A DNA stretch of 64,000 nt from Octopus sinensis (GCF_006345805.1 NC_042997.1:131006001-131070000); one strand, 5' to 3'. Positions 1 through 13,924 are shown, numbered from the stretch's first letter. Program-made: numbers and translations. Notes: generated from the sequence alone by a model not told the origin.

Positions 1-32
1 ACACACAGACAACTTCAGCTTTATATATAAAG
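1..32 (-). mobile_element. 5' end of a Helitron-like element running out of the window
   Basis: The minus strand reads A|TCTTATATATAAAGCTGAAGTTGTCTGTGTGTGT. Confidence 0.45.
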
Positions 33-338
33 ATTAGAGAAAATGTATTGTGTGATTTGTTACAGCACTTTACATTCTGAATTCAACAAAATAGAGTACC
101 AGTCCATACTGGGGTAAATGTAATTTACTAACTTCCTTCACTCAGAAACGCTAGCCTTCTGCCTAAATTAGAAACAATTAATATTAGCAGTAGCATTAAG
201 TCTCAGCAGGATGTACTGTCCTGCTCACATTCACTTTTATATTTTGAGGGTACATCCTGACAATTCATCATCACCATTTTCACTCCTTTTCCAGCTGGGA
301 TAGCCATGTATCTCCTCTATAGAAAGACACATAAGACA

Positions 339-555
339 GTGAGCTGGGAGAAACGTTAGGACGCTGGACGAAATGCCTAACGGTATTTCGTCTGTCTTTA
401 CATTCTGAGTTCAAATTCCGCCGAGGTCAACTTTGCCTTTCATCCTTTTGGGGTTGATAAATTAAGAACCAGTTACGCACTGGGGTCGATGTAATCGACT
501 TAAACTATTTGTCTGTCCCCTCTATGTTTAGCCCCTTGTAGGCAATAAAGAAATA
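339..555 (+). mobile_element. SINE family A (GTGAGCTGGCAGAA...GAGTTCAAATTCCGCCGAGGTCGACTTTGCC)
   Basis: Multi-copy in this window; tRNA-like B box. Confidence 0.85.
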
Positions 556-3235
556 AGACACCTGTTCCTGTCCTTCTATCATATTCTTGCTTCTCAACAT
601 TTGGCAAAAAACCACTACCCTTAATACTACACCCCTTACACTCAAGGCGTATTTTCTTGTGGACTATTAGGTGACCCCACAAGTGCCAATGACACACAAA
701 AAGGCACCCAATACACTCTAAAGTGGTTGGCATTAGGAAGGGCATCTGTTCTTACAAACCATGCCAAAACAGACATTGGGCTTGATACAAACCCCTGACC
801 TGTTGGATCATGTCAAACCATCCATTTCCTGCCAGCAGGGAGGAATACAGACTCTAAATGATAATGTAATAAATGTGGTAAATGTTCATGAAGTTGGAAA
901 TCACTTTTTGTTTTTGGCTGGCAAAGAATAAAATGTATTTAATACAAATTGTGATTAGTTGAATTCTTGCAGGTTTGTGGATAAGAGGAAAGTCAAAGCA
1001 GGAAAGATGCTTGAAGGGAACAGTTCTAGGAAAGAAAAACTGGGCAAAGTTGGTTTAATAATGAAAGAAACAGAAGGCTAATCTAAGGAGATAAAACAGG
1101 TCAATTACTAAGATTTATATGTAAAAATGGGAAATAGTCAGCAAGTTTAGGACAGAGACAGTTATAGTAAAGGTAGAAAGCAGCATTTTACTTTTTTATG
1201 TAAAAAAGTAGTTTAGAATGTATATGCATACAGTAAGCTGCAATGCCCGAATGTGAGAGTACTTTAGAATAAAGCATATTTGTTGTAAATGGTTTATCAT
1301 ATGTTCACAGGGTTGAAATATATTTCCTGCTAAAGAAAGGAAACCCAGCCTTTGTGATGGTCAGGATAGTTTGTCTCATTCATAAGGAGTGCAAATAGGG
1401 TTTAACTGTGTTAAAAATCAAATGAATATTGTGCTGAAATGTGTAGTAACTAATTGTTAATGCTATCAAGTTCTCAGTCTTGGATGTTTTAAATGTTGCT
1501 TGCTATTCATAGACTTCCTGAATGCTTGTAAGTTGTGGTGAAAGAAGCATGTGTGAGAAGAGAAGAATTTGGTTATTAGCCTAGGTGTTTGTGTTGTTAG
1601 TATGACATTAAGTTGGTGATTAAACAATCCCTGAATGCAATGTGAGTTGATAATGAGTACCTTATCAAACATACTGCAGTGCAGAAATCTGACAGGAGAG
1701 ATTTTCTTTTATATATTTAAATGATTAGTGACAAGTGGAGCTGTCCATAATGAATTACCCTGGCCTATTTTATTCTGGAAGTTATATAACTATTCACAAA
1801 CTATTAAGACCTGTGGATTTGTTAGGAATCTTTTTGTTGTACAGATTTAAAGAAAATGTTTTATAACGTTTATATAGAAACCTCATAAACAGAGATCTTT
1901 GTTAGAGTCAACCTAATTAATGCTGCTTGTGATTATAGTGAAAATATAAATTATAGTTACAAAAGGTATATAAGCCCAGAGAAGTGTTACCTTTATTTTA
2001 AATTGCAATTTGTGAACAATAGTTTTGTTGGTTTCCAATGGGCCAATCATTTCAACATTGAATCTCTGATAGTAAGTGTGACAAGGGGGTGTCTGTTAAT
2101 TTGGTTCAAAGAGCACTGGTTTTTCACTAATACACAATCACATTTAAACACATAGCTTACACTGGGTACATCTTATGGAGTTTCTACCTACACCTTTTCT
2201 ATAGATTGAACAGGGCCACCTACCTGGTGGTGGTGGGGGTGATGTGTTCACCTTCCTACTTACTAGAACTTTGGTCTTTGCAACACTGACTCTAATACAC
2301 AAACGGCCATTGGATCAGAACAAATAGTTTAAAAAAATTTTTTTAGCCAAATTGCTAAAATGATTTAAAAATTATTTTAAATCATTATATATACAATAGG
2401 TCTTCATAGTTTCTATTTACCAAATTTTATTCACATATTACTGGTCCACTCAAGATAGAAATATTTGCTGAAAGTGCTGTGGCATGGAAGAATCATGTGG
2501 TTATAGAGTGAATTTTCTAATCACACAACCATACTTCTAACAATGTCGACTATAAAGAGTTTCTCTCTGTGTGCAACAGACAGATTGTGTATGAAGAATG
2601 TTTAAAAGGTATTTTACTTAACTGAGTGCAGAATATCAAGAAAAAAACTGGTAAGATTTTGGTTGAGTATGATCTAAGCAACATTAATTTCCAGGAAATG
2701 AAGGGTGCTTTGAAGCATTACTTATGCTGGAGACATAGGTGTATGGATAAACTCTGGTTATATGATAGTGAAAGGTAGTCTTGGTAGAAGAAAACACTGA
2801 AAATTGTAAAGACAAATCCCAGGCCAACCATGCCAGTATGGGTGTTACCATGATTTACTAAACTGATTGTTGAATTAACTCAGGATAGTTTTCTCTAATT
2901 CAGTAAGAAGCACCATCTTAAGCCAACTCTTGTTTATTTTATTCAAATGGGCACAATTAGATTTCAAAACATATTCTACTGATTGTTTTAATATAAACAA
3001 CTTAGATTAACACACTCACACTTAATGTATAATGATTTTTAAGCAAACATTTTGAATTTAAAAACTGTTTAAATATTCACTTCCATTTTGTTATTTTGTG
3101 GTGAGTAGTGATTATTTCGTGTAGAAACCAGTGAATGATACAGTCTGAATTGTAACCCCTTCCATTTTCTGGAATTTTGATATCTGTGATTGTCACTTTA
3201 AAACCAAAGAATCCATGCCTATGTAAGAAATCAAT

Positions 3236-3500
3236 TTATTTATTTTTATTTATGCGCCCTTTTCAAGCCTAGCCAGGCTCATGGGCCCAGTTTCCTGGTT
3301 TCTGTGGTGTATGTGATCCCCCCAACTGGACAGGACACCAGTCCATCACAGCGTTACTCATTTTTGCCAGATGAGTGGACTGGAGCAACGTGAAATGAAG
3401 TGTTTTGCTCAAGAACACAACGCGTTGCCTGGTCCAGGAATCGAAACCACAATCTTACGATCATAATGCTGACACCTTAACCACTAAGCCACACGCCTCC
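3236..3500 (-). mobile_element. SINE family C (GGAGGCG..TGGCTTAGTGGTTA..GGTTTCGATTCC), full length
   Basis: 15-bp TSD ATGTAAGAAATCAAT (3221-3235/3501-3515); tRNA A and B boxes. Confidence 0.9.
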
Positions 3501-3721
3501 ATGTAAGAAATCAATACTTGCCTTATTTGAAACTCAAAGCTAATGAAATACATTTTCATTTTGCATTACATTAATATAAATTTAGAAAAATTTTATGATT
3601 TAATGGATAAAATGGATGAAATTTGCATATTACTGGACGACTTACAAACTAAATGAAGTGTAAAAAGAGTTTATTGCAACTTTTATTTTCTCTGGGCAAC
3701 AGAAATAGAAAAAAACACCTG

Positions 3722-3765
<44 letters not shown>

Positions 3766-6700
3766 CACACATTTTTGGAAACGGCCATTGGATCAGAACA
3801 AATAGTTTTAAAAAGTTTTTCTTAGCCAAATTGCTAAAAATTTTGTTGTTTTAAAACAAGCAGTTTTTAAAAAATTATAAGTTGACTCAAAAAATTAATA
3901 ATTAGATGAGAAGTAAAGCAATCAGCTTTTTCTTATTTATTTGACCTGTAAGAAAAAAAAAATATATGCACATGTTCAATGAGAAAGTGGTCTAACTAAG
4001 TCATAACATTTGCTTCAAAATTGTTTATTGTTGGTAGAGTTTGTTAATTCTCAATTCTGTTACATGCTTGTTCTCAGTCTCCAAGTAGAGGATAAAAAGC
4101 TGTAGGATACAAGACCATAACAGTTCTTAATCAGATGTTTTGCTTAAGATACTTTCAGTAGGTGGCACTAAGATACCAATATAAAAGAAAATAGAGAGAA
4201 ATGGGGTGGGATAGGGTAGGGGGAGGGAGAGAAACCTTATAATGAATATTAATGTAAATGAAAAATACATTAGAAAAATAAAAGAATCTGCTTAAATGAA
4301 GTGGGTTACAAAAATAATTTTTCTTTTGGAAAAGGAGAAAATAATAAAAGAATGACAATTTAAAATGCCAGTGGGCAGAAGATAAAATAAAACAAAATAG
4401 TAGTGGTAAAATAAATACCACAGAGCTATAGATGGAGGTTATTCTAAGTAATATCATTCATATCTAAAGAATGTATAAAGAGTAAATTAGCAACATTGTA
4501 GTAAATATCTCGTATTGCAAATCACAGTCAAGGAAATAACTTAGAAATTAAAAAAAAAACCCAAATAAATAAATAAATAAATAAAATCTCTGAAATATGG
4601 TCAAATATATGGAGAGGGAGATGATAGTAATAATCCATTCAGAAATGTTAGGATGACAAACTGCCATTACCGAGAGTTATTAAAAAAATTTAGCAACTAA
4701 ATTTCTTTATTAGCCATAATGAAATAAGGAAATGACAAGGGGCCCACAAATGTTGAAATGCTGTGCTGGAGTAGGCCAGTGTAACCCACACTAGTACATT
4801 TTATATATACATGTATATATTTTGATGTAAAATGGTGATCAACCCTTAAATTTCTGAAAGGAATACTATAATAGACTCGGGTGATGTATAAAAGAGATGA
4901 AGAAAAATTAAGCTCAGAGAAAGTGTGAGGATGTAGAAATTCTAAGGATGCTAAAATGTTAAAGACTTTCAATAAAACCTTGGAGTGAAAATAAATATAA
5001 TGGTGTGGTGTGTGTGAGTTAGTGTTATATGTGAGTAACATTGATGATCTGGTATCACTATCTTCACCCTAATGGAGACAAATGGAAGATGAATTTACTA
5101 TGTGTGTATGCATTGGTTTATGAATTCTACAATGAATTCAGCTATGAGTTACACCTTGAGTACAATGATAAAATCATACTCTCTTAAAAATTTATTTAAT
5201 ATTACGATTATTAAAAATTTGAATATTTATTAAATACCCTAAAGATTAAGGGTAAAATTATAAAATATGTTGTATTTTAAAGATAATGTATGTCTTTGGT
5301 CTTTGAAAGATTTTATTGTTAACAAGAAGGTAACTTTATTCTGCTGTAGGCAAATATTACCCACTGTGATCAAGTTAAAAGAAGGCAGCCAGTTCAATAA
5401 TTAACAATGTAATTAAAACAATTTTACGATGTAATCTATTGAAAATAAACAAGAAAAGAGTAACTTTTATGAAATTATCAACAAGTATATTAACTATCAA
5501 GTGAAATCTAACTGTTGTTTCCAAATGATTAAGAATTTTGATGAATGACTTTTTTCAAACAGAAAATGAACCCTAAAATTTAAAGGGAATATGTGAATAT
5601 TTAAGGGTATCAGGAATTAAAGTTAAATGATAATAACAAAGTGAAACCTTGAAACATTACCATGGTTGCCGAGAACTTACTGTTGCATAACAATACATGA
5701 TATTTGTTATTAGGAAACGGAAATTTGTTCTGACTAGATACAAGTCTAATTTTAAGGGCAGGAGACATAGTTTATTGAACTGCTATCAAAATATTGCACC
5801 CACAGGAAATAAAACTGATAGTGACTATAGTAATGCTTTCAGTCAGAACTGTAAAGCATCCAAGCCAATTCTCTGCTATGATGATGATGAACAATATAAA
5901 TGTTGATTACATAAAGTATTTGGTAGGTAAGTGTCATAAAGTTTTCAGTATACTTGAATTCCAAATTACTAATAAAAATAAGTGATGAGGTATATCTAAA
6001 AGATGAATCTGAAGATGGCTATTATTTTACAGAGTACTGTAATAAATGGAATGAGAAAACATACTGGTCAGTTGTGGAACAGCAAAAATCCATAAACAGC
6101 TGTTCATACAATTGTAAATAGAATGTGATGTAGGACTTGGGGTCAAGTCAATAACAAAATCTCTATAACGAGACAGGGCTCTTTCAGTGAACTGGTTAGA
6201 ATATAACAATTTACAAATTTTTTTATGAAAAAAGTTGTTTTTCTAGAAGCAGATATTTGATAAATAAAAAAACTGGATTAGTCAATGGTATCACTAAATT
6301 ATTTAAAACCAAATAAAAAATATATTAACAATGATAGTTTTTTGCAGAACTGGGCAGAGAATAGACTGGAAGGAGAGACAAGTGTATAGCTGGCCTACGT
6401 ATTGAATGATGAACATGGATGAACCACTGTTGCATTTCCTTTTGCCATATTTCATTTCAATTTCCTCAAAAGAAATATTTCTCCAAAGTATGGATGCAGT
6501 CTAAACCGAAAATTTGAGGAAGACTCACAAATCTTTACAGCATCAAAAACAAGTCAACTTGCCCATTACAAAATCCTAATAGGACTGGGGAACCCAATTT
6601 TTACATACACACAAAGAAAAAGAAAAAAAAGCAGTTCTTTGTTCTATGTCAATAACTTAAGAAAAAAATGTTTCAAAACAATTTAGTTGAATCAACTTAT

Positions 6701-7685
6701 GAATCTCATGAATTAAAAATACATATTATTTTTTTAAAAATGTTTCAACAATTATGCAGGTTGATTTGACAACTAAATATTACAGAAGTGAGAATAAAGA
6801 GAATTAATTATAGAACATTTAAAGATGAGTGGAGTATTTCACAAACTCCAATTCTTAAGTAATTTTTTTTTCCTTCTTCTTTTATAAGGTTTTATGTATT
6901 GAATAAAGCTCTATAGGTTTTTGCCCCCTGGTATCCTTCACGATTTAAAAACTAATTGCTTTCAGAGCAACATATCATTAATTAGGAAGTTAATTGCAGT
7001 AAAAAAAAAAAAAAAAAAAAAAAAAGGGAAATCTATCATTAAAACTTATATTCTTTAGTTCTCAATAGGAACCAAATATAACAAGGCACTTGACTAACTC
7101 AAAACCCCTGAAGTAAATTTCAGGAAGATATTAACGAAGAGACAGCAGTTTTATAATAGCTTTAAATCTACTTTACAGTACCAGATTGCAAGAGATTTCA
7201 TTCATAAGAATAAAGTGGGAGGTGAGCAGGGGTAGGATGGGGGCGTTAGCCTAATGAATTTTATTTCTTAAAAAAAAAAAAAAAAGCCACCCACCATTAG
7301 GAATTGTCTGTTTTTAAATATATTTATATCACTGTAAACAGAATTGCAAAAAATAAAAATAAAAATGTAAAAATAAGAAAATCAAGTTAAAAAAAAACAT
7401 TTCTCTGTAAAGAATAAAAATATTTTATATGTCAAATAAAGATGAAAGTATTAAAAATGTATGAACAGAAATTGAAATGCTTCTTTTTGTGTAAGATATA
7501 AATGAGTGGGGAAAAAAAAAAGTTCTGTTCATTCTGATCCTTAATTGTTTAAACTAAAATTTAACATTCTTAGACATTTTTGGTTCTCTGTTAAATAATA
7601 CTTTAGAATTTAGAAGTCTTTCCAATAGCAGTTAAATATCCAAGAGAATAAGCTACTAAAGATCACAAAGCCAATTTAAAGGCTC

Positions 7686-9131
7686 TTAACCATCTACTTT
7701 GATACTGCTGCTTGACTGTTCTTTTCTCAATGGTGTGTGGCTAAATCGTAAGTTAAATTTACAAGAGCGTTTTATGCAAACGTTTTCAGCTGAAGTTTCT
7801 CCAGAGTCATGTTTTCTTTTACTGTTGCGATGGTGAGGTTTGGATGATTTGTGATCACCAATTAATTGTTGTTGCCAGGCCAAAAACCGTTTCAGAACGT
7901 GCCGTTTTTCGGAATTACACTTCTTTTCTTTGCTGGTTGGGAACTGCATGCAGTTCAGGGACAAAGTTCTATTTGGAACAGAGTTTGTCTTTCGCTTGCT
8001 TCTGGTCGCCATTTCTGAAAGCTTTTGAGAAGAGATTTCTTCTGATATGTTTGAGTGGGAATGTTGATTTTGAGTGCTGTTAGCTGACCGTAGGTGAGAG
8101 CCACTGCTTTCAGAAATATTTTGTGTATCGAACAAATGTGAGCTGAAGAAGCGTTTTGTAAGCTTTTCTTTGAAATCAAGTTTACCACGAGATAAAATAG
8201 TTTTGTTGGGTGTGACCTTCTCTTTTAAGGTAACTTTATCACTCAATCTACTTTTACATAGCTTATCATCAATCTTGTGAGTTCGTGTTCTTAACAAATT
8301 TGGTCGTAGACTAAGCCGCCTTTGAACAAGTGGAGACGTGGATACTGACAAACTACTTAGAGAAAAGTCTTTGCTTTTGACAGCAGTAGTTTCTTTATTT
8401 TCACTTGGTGCAGTGTCATCACAGATATTAGCATTGTGGTCAATTTCTCCAGTCTCAGCACACCGAGAACCATCACTCCCTAGATCACTACTTTCATCAT
8501 CTTCTTCTCCAGACAAACATAAAGAAAACCGCATTCTTGATGTACGATACAGTTTGCCAGCAGAAAGATTTTCTGGTTCTTTGCAAATAGAAATTTCAGG
8601 TGTTATATCTCCATCTGATGATGTATCTCCTATAGAGGAAGGAGAAGCATTTAAGTTGTTGTTTTCTGAAGATTCAGTGATGGAATTGTGATCAAGAGAG
8701 GGGTTAGTCTCTGAATCAGACCTGCAGTCATTAATGTCAACATTGGATGTGTTAAGTAGTAAGGAATTAACTTTAGTTCTGTCATTTTCTAAAGGCAGGT
8801 TTTCTCCCTGAACCTTGACCTGTATCTGGCCAGCGGTTATTGGTGTAGCAGTCAGAACAGGTGCATGACACTGACCATTATTAGCATTAGGCAGCAAGTG
8901 TTGTTTTAGATAAGCATTGATGTCCATGCTCAGTTTGTGTTGTTTGTTTAGCTGTTGGATGTGTTCTTCTCGTCGGCGCCGTAAGCGTTCTAATTTGCTT
9001 GGTCCCATAGTATCAATCATAACAACAACACAAGTGGTATTATCTGCTTTCAGCATCCGTTCATGCCATTTTTGAAGAGCAAAATTGACTAAGTGTTCTG
9101 CTGGGTTATTCCAGTATGTCAAGGGGGACAA
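7686..9131 (-). CDS. PPM1D: PPM1D coding exon 5: end of the PP2C domain (LSPLTYWNNPAEHLV...KADNTTCVVVMID) plus a ~430-aa Ser/basic low-complexity tail and stop
   Basis: 481-aa ORF. Acceptor tttttcag|TTG in phase 0; the first codon is Leu, not Met. Confidence 0.93.
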   Translation of the reverse strand: MSPLTYWNNPAEHLVNFALQKWHERMLKADNTTCVVVMIDTMGPSKLERLRRRREEHIQQLNKQHKLSMDINAYLKQHLLPNANNGQCHAPVLTATPITAGQIQVKVQGENLPLENDRTKVNSLLLNTSNVDINDCRSDSETNPSLDHNSITESSENNNLNASPSSIGDTSSDGDITPEISICKEPENLSAGKLYRTSRMRFSLCLSGEEDDESSDLGSDGSRCAETGEIDHNANICDDTAPSENKETTAVKSKDFSLSSLSVSTSPLVQRRLSLRPNLLRTRTHKIDDKLCKSRLSDKVTLKEKVTPNKTILSRGKLDFKEKLTKRFFSSHLFDTQNISESSGSHLRSANSTQNQHSHSNISEEISSQKLSEMATRSKRKTNSVPNRTLSLNCMQFPTSKEKKCNSEKRHVLKRFLAWQQQLIGDHKSSKPHHRNSKRKHDSGETSAENVCIKRSCKFNLRFSHTPLRKEQSSSSIKVDG

Positions 9132-9437
9132 CTGAAAAAGAAAAAAAAAATTCTATAATAATGAATTTATTGTATAGTGCACAGATGCACAACTTGTCAG
9201 AAGAGAAAAGACAAAATAGAAGCATCTATTCAAATAAAGAAAGACAACAATAGTAGTTAAAAGTGCATGCACAGTCCACAGACTAAAACAGAAAAAAAAA
9301 TTCATTCTCAAATAAAAATCTCTCCATATTAAAGTGGCTGAGAATGATAAAGCCCAACAGTAAAGAGGAGGTAGAGATATTGGAATACTTTCTGTGGTTC
9401 CTATATTTTAGTTTTTGGGTTAAAATATGCATAAATA

Positions 9438-9650
9438 GGTGCAGGAGTGGCTGTGTGGTAAGAAGCTTGCTCCCCAACCACATGGTTCCAGGTTCAGTCC
9501 CACTGCGTGGTATCTTGGGCTGGTATTTTCTTCTATTGGCTTCTGTTTGCTGAAGTGCTAAGTTATGGGGATGAAAACCAACCAACCAATACCAAATGAC
9601 AAGCAGTGGGAAAAAAACACACACATACACATATACAACAACTATGTTTG
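9438..9650 (+). mobile_element. SINE family B, degenerate
   Basis: Head homologous to the 56789 copy, with several CpG sites mutated. Confidence 0.75.
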
Positions 9651-9960
9651 GTTCAGTTCTCAAGAACATGCAATGACAACATTACATTTGCTTCTTTCAA
9701 AAATGCTGCACCAAATCTTATCTGTACAACTATGTTTCTGAAACTTATCTGCAAAATTGCTTCTTTTTTGTACAATCCCATATTAGACAAATGTCCAGCA
9801 ACTTATTCTTTACACTCCTGTAACACCAAAGAGCCCTACTAGGGTACAGGTAATGTCTTATAAGTTTTATTATCATCATCTAATGTCCACTTTCCATGTT
9901 TGCATTGGTCAGACGGAATTTGTTGAGGCAGATTTTTCTACAGCCACAGGCTCCCCTTGT

Positions 9961-10220
9961 GGAGGCCCGTGGCTTAGTGGCTAGGGTGTCAGCACCATGA
10001 TCGTAAGATTGTGGTTTCGATTCCTGGACCAGGCAACACGTTGTGCTCTTGAGCAAAACACTTCATTTCATGTTGCTCCAGTCCACTCAGCTGGCAAAAA
10101 TGAGTAATACTGCAATGGACTGGCGTCCCGTCCAGCTAGGGAACACATATGCCATAGAAACCAGGAAACTGGGCCCATGAGCCTGGCTAGGCTTTAAAAA
10201 GGGTGCATTTATTTTTATTT
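9961..10220 (+). mobile_element. SINE family C
   Basis: Homologous to the 3236 copy. Confidence 0.85.
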
Positions 10221-10374
10221 ACATGCTCTTCTTATCACAAAACCTCAACTGTTTTTAAGCAAGGTCATATATTTTCCATGGAAGACTGGAAATGAACAAC
10301 CTCACATGATGATAAAACTCATTTACAATAATCATGTGACATCTAGACAAGGATGCACACACATATACACAACA

Positions 10375-10536
10375 AGTTTCTTTCAGTTTCCAATTAACAA
10401 ATCCACCCATAAGGTAAGCCTAGAGCTATAGTAAAAGACACTTGTAAAAGACACAAAGTGCCATGCAGTGGGACTGAACCAAAGACCACATGATTAGGAA
10501 GCAAGCTTCTCAGCCACACAGCCAGATGTCTGCACC
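10375..10536 (-). mobile_element. SINE family B head
   Basis: Reverse complement of the family B head. Confidence 0.7.
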
Positions 10537-10986
10537 TATCTTAGTTTATAGAGAAAAAAACAAAAGCACAATGTATATTAATTACAAAAAAATTAAAAAC
10601 CAATAGAAGAATAACAGAGTCTTATGTATTTTGATGGAAACAATGGTTTAGTCATTGTTAATGATCATCATTGTTCTATGTTGATATTAGTTGGAGAGGT
10701 CTACTGTATAACATGCAGCCACTGGGCTCAACATCCAGGGATCCAACCTCAATGTTTCTACCAATGAGCACTTTCTAGTGTCAGACATACTATAGGCTAC
10801 TTCTAGCAGATGTAAGCCAAGAAAAACTTATTTATCTTGTTATGTGACATTGCTAGATAATAGAAGACACTCTCATCCAAATCCAACCAATAAACTATAC
10901 ATGAAAGTAGTGATAATTACACAATATAACAACTATTTTGCAGGTCAATGAATGTAATCATAACTTTATGGTTAGAAACTACTTAC

Positions 10987-11192
10987 TATGTCATTAACTA
11001 CAAGTTCATCAAACTTTTGTTCGTCTTCCAAAACAACCATGACAGCTTCAAGGGGAGTCATCATATTCCAAAGGCCATCACTACCCAAAATTAGGCATTT
11101 GTCATTCTTGGGAAGAAGGTTGTGGACAGATACATCGGGCATTGGAGAGATAATGAAGTCTCCATAAGCATAGTTGAAACTCCACAAATCAC
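10987..11192 (-). CDS. PPM1D: PPM1D coding exon 4 (G-DLWSFNYAYGDFIISPMPDV...LILGSDGLWNMM...VVNDI)
   Basis: Lies within ORF 10972..11259. Acceptor tttttcag|GT, donor ATA|GTAAGT, phase 0. Confidence 0.95.
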
Positions 11193-12326
11193 CTGAAAAA
11201 TAGAGATTAAAAAGAAATTTGTTAAAGTTTTCTTGATCCAGAAAGAATGTTCCATGCATTCAAAATATCAAGTTAATCTTAGAATTTATTAGAACAATAG
11301 TGTAGGGCACAAGTAAAAGCGTCAAACTTTTAGGTTTGGTGTCCTGTTTGCTTCCAAGGTCAAATCAAATCAAAGCGCAACTTAATTCCATTTCCTAGAT
11401 GCTAAAATAGTTTCTTTGTTGTGTTGTATTAGAACTCAAAATGGTGAATAGGGGAGGAGCATATTTATGTTCCATAAGTGATTTACCTTTAGAACCACAT
11501 CCTGCTGTGAGAGACAATGCAACTTTTCAAATATAAAGATTTGCCTAACAAACAATTAAAAAATATATACAGACAAAGCTAAAAATAACATAAATCAGAA
11601 TTAACTTGAAGCTTAAATAGTTAATGCTGACTTTGGAAAAGCAATGTTCACAGCTGAAGATTTTTTTGCTGTGTTTCGTAAACATGTAAGCTACATGACA
11701 AATAAAGTTAACTTTGAATGTAATGCATATTACTAAAATAAACTGCTCATATCCCAGTATTAAACACTTTAAACTTTTTATTAGATGATTTAAAAACTTA
11801 TGGCAGTTTTGCATTTTATTAATAATAATGAAATTATTGTATACAGTGCTCCGGTGCACCACAACTTGTCAAAAGTGCGTATAAAGCATATGCAGTAATG
11901 TACAAATGTCTGGGAAGTGAACAGTGTATGAGTCAGATACATGCTTGCATGTGTATGGAGGGGAAGAAAATCAGGTGTAGTGTTGGCGAATCTCAGGAAG
12001 CATGGAAGTTTTGAATGATGCAGTGCTCCAACAACTAACAACTGATGCTGGCAGTTTGTTCCATACTTCAGCAACTCTTGGTGTGAAAAAATGTTTCCGA
12101 AAGTCATGGGAGCTGTGCTGTTTTCTGACTTTGTAAACATGTCCACGGGTGTTAAACAGGTGTTATGCAGGATTGATCTGATTCAATAAAACAATCACAT
12201 TGCAAACTTGGAAAACTAATTAGTCTTATCACATTAATTTACAGACATGATTTTAATAAAACTGTTTCATCGAAGAATCTACCAATATACAAACTTGACT
12301 TTGTAGAAACAACAGCCAATATTAGC

Positions 12327-12620
12327 CTTGGGCCAACCAAAGCCTTGTGAGTAGATTTGGTAGACGGAAACTGAAAGGAGCCCATTGTATGTATATGTAT
12401 GTGTGTGTTTGTTATTTGTGTCTGTGTTTGTCCCTCCACCATCACTTAACAACTAATGTTGGTATGTTTACGTCCCTGTCACTTAGCAATTTGGCAAAAA
12501 AAAGAGACCAATAGAATAAGTACTAGGCTTACAAAGAATAAGTTCTGGGATTGATTTGTTCAACTAAAGGTGGTGCTCTAGCCTAGCCACAGTCAAATGA
12601 CTGAAACAAGTAAAAGAATC
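12327..12620 (+). mobile_element. SINE family B, 5'-truncated
   Basis: CCAAAGCCTTGTGAGT..GGTAGACGGAAACTGAAAG..ACTGAAACAAGTAAAAG. Confidence 0.85.
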
Positions 12621-13924
12621 ATAAGAATGCTATGAGAAGGTCATGGTTAGAGTGCCTCTGATAAGTCTGCTAAATCGCAACTGACCTGGGACTAAACAGC
12701 AACAATCTGCTCCTATATTATGTGACTTATCAAGTTTCTCAGAATTTTCTCACATTGCTTTTGTAATAATCATTTTCTGAGAAAACATATTGATGTCACT
12801 GTATCTAGAGTCAATCTTTACCAGGAAGTTTTACTTTTTACACAACTGAAATTAACCTATTTTTGATATGCCTATTTCTTCCAAGCTAGCATGGGTTAGA
12901 TGAATATGGTAATGAGGCTAGTTGAATGTGATACTGTTTTGCAGTTTGATGTCCTTCCTAAAGCTATTTATTTATTACTGTAGAAACAAAATGGATATTT
13001 GGACATTTTAAAACTTCATCTAATATTGTCAGCTTACCCTCAACCAAGTCTTTAATAGTCATTGTCATTCCATTTAATTTAAAATCTGAAGGCTGTAGAT
13101 GTGGCTCAGACAATAGAGCATTTATTTTCTGGTTTCAGGGTTCAAAACTCACTAAAATTGACTTTATATAACTCTAGTGTTGATTAGAGTAATATGCTGA
13201 TATTTCAACAATCAGCCTTGTATTTCAGTAAGAAATTTTTATTATTTCAAAACTAATGTTTATTAGCAAATTTGCTTTGAAAACCTGATATATAATTAAA
13301 ATACTATAGAATAATGAAGTGACTAAAAGCTGGTATGTAGATAATCTTTAATAACTTCAGAAGAAAAGTAATGAGGTGGACCAATGACATTAAGTTAAAA
13401 TCCAAATCTAATTAATTTGATGACAATACCATATGACAGTCTTAACCAGGTTCAGTTCTCAAATTAGATAGCATATAGTTGCATTCAGCTTTAGGCAAAA
13501 GTAAGGGTCTTCAGAGTACCTCTGTTATCACTTGATCAACAAGAAATCTCCACCAATTGTCATAAAAAGGAAACAACACATTGGATAATGCAGTCATAGC
13601 TACATTATACCTGGGAAAGAAAAAGCTTGTTTAAAGCTAGAATACATTTGGTTGTAGCTGATCAACCAAATACTTGATCAATATTGACCTGGAGCTAAAC
13701 AACAAAATTCTATATTTTGAGGTTTGTACATGATCATTATCATTTCATATCCATTTTATCATTCTTGCAGGTCTTGGCTGGGTCTTCTTCAATAGTGTCT
13801 TGCAGTCTTCACCACTTCTTCACATATCTTCCTCTTCTGTTAATCCTTTGGTTTTTGATTTCTAGACACCTTTTCCATCTTGTATGCATCACATATCTAT
13901 TCTCTTTCATGCATCTAATTTGGC

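Noticed and set aside
5655-5680. RFX X-box-like CCATGGTTGCCGAGAAC
   Set aside because: Spacing and second half-site are off consensus, and it lies in the presumed 3' UTR.
7844-8691. ORFs overlapping PPM1D exon 5 (7844..8083, 7955..8188, 8338..8691)
   Set aside because: Antisense or alternative-frame shadows of the real exon, with no independent support.
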